Positions 59,391-64,000 of a DNA stretch of 64,000 nucleotides are shown in pieces. The position numbers were made by a program, and so were the translations under genes. Under the pieces are notes generated by a model. It did not search any database and was not told where the DNA came from. It saw only the letters and a program-made list of their open reading frames with translations. Origin of the DNA: Naegleria gruberi (lineage: Eukaryota); NCBI GenBank assembly GCA_000004985.1, contig GG738868.1, one strand, 5' to 3'. Within the stretch, counting starts at the first letter, position 1. Every line of letters starts with the position of its first letter.

Positions 59391-61365
59391 TTAAGCTCTC
59401 TTATTTGGCTTAATTTTCATATTCTTGAAATATTCACAAACTTGACCTGGGATTTCCTTCAAGGTTTCTCTTGCCAAGAGTTGATAATTTTGAGAATTAT
59501 ATTTACGGAATGGAACAAATTGAACAATGTCACGAGAGGCAATTTGTGAACCACTTGAAAGTCTTCTGTCATCTCCATCAAGAGTTTCCATCGAATCGAA
59601 ATTGGCAGCACCAACACCAACAATGACAATTGAAAGAGGATAGTTTGAGGCCTTGACAATTTCTCTGATAGTATCATTCATATCGGTAATAGCACCATCT
59701 GTAATGATGAGCAAGATGAGATACTTTTGATTTTGTTGGCTTTGTTCCATTGAAGCTTGTGAAGCATAGGCAATAGCAGTTTGAATGGTTGGTGAGAAAT
59801 GGGTAGGTCCATATAATTCTATATTGTTTCAAATGTTTGAAAATTGGGGAAAGATAAATAATGGTTAAATATTTTCTGACTAATATAATTCATGAATACT
59901 TACCACAATTGTTCAAAGCTTGACGATAATCACGTAAAATACCATCAACACCTTGACTATTTGGATTATTTGGATTACCATTCAATGCAAAACAGTGTGA
60001 AATAATGTTACCTGGTAATTTTGCTCCAAAACCATAAGATGGGAATAGTTTGTCTGAATCATAGTATGAGAGAATGTCACCAATAGATCTAATAGCCATT
60101 TCATATTCATTCATTTTACCACCAAAATGCAATGAGCTTGGGTCGTTAGGATTACCGTTTGAAGCAGTAAAGTCAACAGCTACTAACAAGGAAACTTCCA
60201 ATCCACCTCCTAAATAATCCAAGAATGAATATTCCTCTTCTGGTAAGACACTTCTAATTCCTCTAACCTGAATTTTACCAGTATTCTTTGGTGCCTTCTT
60301 TTTCTTGTGATAGGAACCATCATCAATTAATGCAATAGATTGTCTATCTCTGTTAACTTGTTCCAATTGAGCAAGAGTTGTTTCAACACTTCCAATCTGT
60401 TTTGTGATCATAAGCTTTAGATGATTCTTTTAACTTCAACTTACAAAGTCTGGATCAGAATTCTTGTCCCAATCAAAGACTTGAATTCTAATTGGTAAAT
60501 TGGCATCACCATTGCACAATTTTTGCATTGGAATTGAAAATCCTTTCCATACAGGATTTAAATTATTCATAATTGTCTCGGATTTGTAAATATCAACAAA
60601 TTCATTTCCGACCTTTTTAGCCAAAATGAAATATCTAATATCCATCATCCACATTATTTCTCATTACTATTAATTTATGGAATACTTACGGATCACTGAT
60701 AATAATTATTGATTATTAAATTTACAATCAATATTATACAAACCTCTTTCCGAAAAAGTCCTTCTTTGCAAGATCTTTACCATCCAATTCCAAAGTATAA
60801 ATTGGATCTCTAACCTTAGATTTTTGTTCACTTCTGATGGTAATACTTCCCAAGTCTTTGCTTGTGTCACCATTTAGAGCTGTTAATTTTCTAGTAATGG
60901 CTCCGTTCACACCACAAACAATGTCAGACAATTTAACTTCACAACAACCCAAGAAATCATCATCGGCCAATGAAGCAGTTTCATTATCAATATCATAAAC
61001 CAAAAACTTGAGTGGTTGAATTTCTTCAAACTTGTACGAAACAATAAAAGTTTTAACAAACTTTGGGTTGACTGATCATACTATGTTAAATAATAAATGC
61101 ATCAAAAAAACCTACGATTATCTTTTTGAACTTCTGTTCTACCCAAATCACTCCAGAAAACCTCACCACTCTGTTGTCTCTCTCCCATTCTCACAAGACA
61201 TGTCGGATCCGACTTGGACAATAAATCTTTATTCTTCAAATGTGTACATGAAATGTACAATTCAACCTTGGATTCCAATTGATTACTAATTGACAAACCA
61301 GCCATTTGTTGTTGCAAACCTCCAGTGCTGTACATTTTTCTATATTGTATAAATAGATGATTCAA
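59391..61365 (-). CDS. Copine (two C2 domains plus vWA domain); start codon between about 61303 and 61335
   Basis: At least six exons with introns of about 44-85 nt. C2A (KVELYISCTHLKNKDLLSKSDPTCLV...[40 protein letters not shown]). C2B (DFFGK-SDP-YFILAKKVGNEFVDIYKSETIMNNLNPVWKGFSIPMQKLCNGDANLPIRIQVFDWD). vWA domain (LLVAVDFTASNGNPNDPSSLHF...ELYGPTHFSPTIQ...YLILLIITDGAITDM). The track start at 61365 is a TTG. The in-frame ATGs encode MYSTGG... and MAGLSISNQLESKVELYISC. Confidence 0.85.
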
Positions 61366-61591
61366 AAGATGTCGATTATTTTTTTTTGGTTTTTAAATTC
61401 GCCATCACAATGATGCTCAAGTCCATCATCTTTTGGGTGATGAAAAGATTAAGTTCCTACGGTCATCATGAGGGAGCGACCTTACTATTGATCGATATTA
61501 CAACATTTCTTCAAGTTACTTTCCAAAAGGATGGCAAATTAATATCAAATTGTAATGGTTTTAAACAGTACAGATAGAGCTTTGTTTTTGT

Positions 61592-63281
61592 GTGGCTTTT
61601 GAAAAACGTTCTGGCGCCTTTTTTAGATTTGAGGCTAAATGGAAAAAAATGCTCAACAAGGGTTTGAAGGCAACCTCGCGATCATCTGTGATGGTTAATC
61701 AAATATTTGGCAAATTGATTCGGAGACAGAATAATGGTGTTGTTGTTGGTGGAGGACGAGTTGGAAATATTTTGCAAAAGCAGCAGCTGGATCATGTATG
61801 GATGGGAGGAGTGAATAGTAAACAGGATTATCATTGGAGCAATAGAGTTTTGATGGAGGAAAATAGTGATGAAGCATTGGGTAGGAAGGAATTGCCACTT
61901 TCTCATTTGAGAGTTTTGGATTTATCTAGAGTATTGGCTGGTCCATATTGTACACAATTGTTGGCTGTATGTAATTATCTTTCTCATATTTACAATTTGA
62001 TGTGTAAATAATAGGATTTGGGAGCAACTGTTATTAAAATTGAACCACCAAAGGTCGGTGATGACACTCGTTCTTGGGGTGAGTTTTGAAATTTATTCGA
62101 AATTATATGAATTATTAATAATAGGACCACCTTTCATGAAGATTGAAAATGGAAAAATGGAAGAAAATCAAAGTGGATATTTTCAATGTGCAAATAGAAA
62201 CAAAAAATCACTCACAATTAATTTAAAATCAAAGAATGGACAAATGATTTTACACAAGCTTGGTATGTGTTTGAATTTTTGGCTTATCTGACATGTCAAT
62301 TATTTAGTGAAGAATAGCGACATTTTAATTGAGAATTTTAAAGTTGGATCTCTTGAAAAATTTGGATTGGATTACAAAACTGCCAAATCAATTAATCCTG
62401 ATTTGATTTACTGTTCTATCACAGGTTATGGACAAGATAGCTCTAAAGCACATCTGCCAGGTTATGATTATGTAATGCAAGCTTTGAGTGGTGTAATGTC
62501 AATAACTGGAGATGTGTCAACACCACCGTTTAAGGTCGGTGTAGCTATTACAGATGTAATGACAGGCATGTATGCAGCTGTCGGTATTTTATCAAAAGTT
62601 ATTGAAAAACAAAAGAATGGTGGTAAATCTAATAGTGATAAGGATTGGATTGACCTTTCACTTTTGGACTGTAATTTGGCTTATTTGGTAAATCAAGCCA
62701 CAAATTATCTGCAAACAGGAAATTCTCCAAAGAGAATTGGTAATAAGCATCCAAATATTGCACCATACGACCTGATAAAATGTATTAATGGAGATATTGT
62801 CGTTGCAGTTGGAAATGATGCCCAATTTTTGAGATTTATTTCAGTTATTTCTAAGGATCAACCATTTAAAGATTTGGACAAGTTCACAACAAATCAACAA
62901 AGAGTTGCCAATAGAACACAACTTATTCAACAAATTGAAGAAATCACATCCCAACAATTTACAAAAGAGGAATTAATTAGAGAATTGAGCAAGTTTGAAG
63001 TTCCATGTGGTGCTGTCAACACAATTGGAGAGGCATTAAATGACCCACAAGTTTCTGAAAGAAATATGGTTTGGAGTTTTGACAATGAGATTAATGACAA
63101 ACCTGTAAAAACAATTGGAAATCCACTCAAATTTATTAATGAAAAGCATGAAGAATTGAACCTTAGACAATTTGCTAAACGCCCTCCAATCTTATCTGAA
63201 CATACCAATGAAATTTTAAGTGAAATGATTGGTGCCACGAGTGAGGAAATAGATAATTGGAGAAAGGAAGGAACTATCTAA
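61592..63281 (+). CDS. CoA-transferase family III protein (CaiB/BaiF; AMACR/SUGCT-like), probably mitochondrial or peroxisomal
   Basis: Four exons (about 61592-61967, 62018-62079, 62126-62262, 62306-63281) with introns of about 44-50 nt (GTATGT and GTGAGT donors). The family-III N-terminal motif [48 protein letters not shown]... spans splice junctions. A conserved Asp region (DLIKCINGDIVVAVGND) follows. The N-terminal extension looks like a presequence. Confidence 0.75.
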
Positions 63282-63315
63282 GATATTTCTACAATAAATA
63301 ACTGTTAAATTTTAA

Positions 63316-64000
63316 TTATTGATTTTGAGGAGTTGGAGGAAGGACAAGATCATCCAATCTGAACATGAACTGAGATGGTATTCCGTTCTGTACTGCTGTA
63401 TTATTATTACTAGACATTCTGCTCCAGTTACGAATTTGTTGCACTCTTTCAATTTGAGCTCTTCTATTAAGTTCCACTAACTCTGCTTGATGACTATCCT
63501 CTTGAATATCATCAGCTTCGTTACAAAACAATACATCATGATCTGATACACCAACTACAGATGGAAGCCCTTTCAGGAATTTTTCAATATGTTCCTCCAA
63601 TCCGTCAGCATCTCTTCTATCCTTTTCATGAATCTTATTAAACCTTTGGCAGGTATCTGATTTAGTTGTATCTCCCAGAGTGAACATTTCCAATAAATCA
63701 GAGTGTCTCAAATATCTGTATTGGTTTGATGCAATGACAGCAGTTCTTGAGACTGTTGTTTTGCTTACTTGTCTATTTGTATTAATAATGGAGTAATTAA
63801 TACAATCGTACAAAAATACTAACCTTTTGTAAATGTATTCCTCAATTGTGGATGAGCAAATAAGACGATAGACGATAACATTTTGTCTCTGGCCAATTCT
63901 ATAAGCTCTGTCTATTGCTTGCTCATCAATGCTTGGGTTGAAATTTGGTTCCACGATAATAACCCTACTTGCTGCTGTCAAATTGAGGCCAACTCCTCCA
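63316..64000 (-). CDS. SNF2-family ATPase C-terminal region, ERCC6/Rad26 (CSB)-like; partial, continues beyond the window end
   Basis: Helicase-C motif VI region ([48 protein letters not shown]). After a roughly 47-nt intron near 63780-63826, the sequence continues [35 protein letters not shown] has the corresponding [35 protein letters not shown]. Confidence 0.7.
   Translation of the reverse strand, partial: GGVGLNLTAASRVIIVEPNFNPSIDEQAIDRAYRIGQRQNVIVYRLICSSTIEEYIYKRLVFLYDCINYSIINTNRQVSKTTVSRTAVIASNQYRYLRHSDLLEMFTLGDTTKSDTCQRFNKIHEKDRRDADGLEEHIEKFLKGLPSVVGVSDHDVLFCNEADDIQEDSHQAELVELNRRAQIERVQQIRNWSRMSSNNNTAVQNGIPSQFMFRLDDLVLPPTPQNQ

Noticed and set aside
61003-61035. Apparent single-base frameshift inside the copine C2A exon at an AAATT(T) run
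   Set aside because: It came from my own one-base over-count of a homopolymer. The ORF-track coordinates on both strands (61032 plus, 61102 minus) show the true sequence is one base shorter in this interval, which keeps the exon in frame.

Overview
This 64-kb window is compact, AT-rich (roughly 65% A+T) eukaryotic nuclear DNA, not a prokaryotic locus. I could support about 35 protein-coding genes on both strands, roughly one per 1.8 kb.

Many genes carry very short spliceosomal introns of about 43–160 nt. Donors read GTAAGT, GTATGT, GTAGGT or GTTAGT; acceptors are A/T-rich and end in AG (aatag, ttcag, acag). An in-frame TAA created by the donor (AAG|TAAGT) often terminates the upstream ORF. 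Several convergent gene pairs have stop codons only 1–20 bp apart.

The ORF track appears to use ATG, GTG and TTG as starts: several listed 'M' residues are TTG. Track start coordinates are therefore not reliable as translation starts, and I re-derived gene models by hand-translating and joining exons.

Recognisable products include:
- an M60-like zinc metallopeptidase
- a CCR4/nocturnin-like EEP nuclease
- a USP25/28-like deubiquitinase
- a calpain
- alpha-SNAP
- importin-alpha
- a GST
- NTF2
- RuvB-like 2
- PDE6-delta
- a long-chain acyl-CoA synthetase
- a GH38 alpha-mannosidase
- an F-box/LRR protein
- a PPR/TPR protein
- Lsm14/Scd6
- DJ-1
- Sm-D1
- an ADP-ribosylglycohydrolase
- a FLYWCH/MULE transposase-derived protein
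- a Zn2Cys6 transcription factor
- an OTU deubiquitinase
- a protein kinase fused to parallel beta-helix repeats
- threonyl-tRNA synthetase
- a copine
- a family-III CoA-transferase
- the C-terminus of an ERCC6/Rad26-like SNF2 ATPase

I found no rRNA, tRNA or CRISPR array and no operon-like system. A fungal-type Zn2Cys6 factor alongside copine, PDE6-delta and E2F-like promoter boxes suggests an early-diverging fungus or a related unicellular opisthokont or amoebozoan. I cannot resolve the taxon from sequence alone.

Hand-derived splice coordinates are approximate (±2 nt), because my reading of homopolymer runs in the raw sequence proved unreliable.
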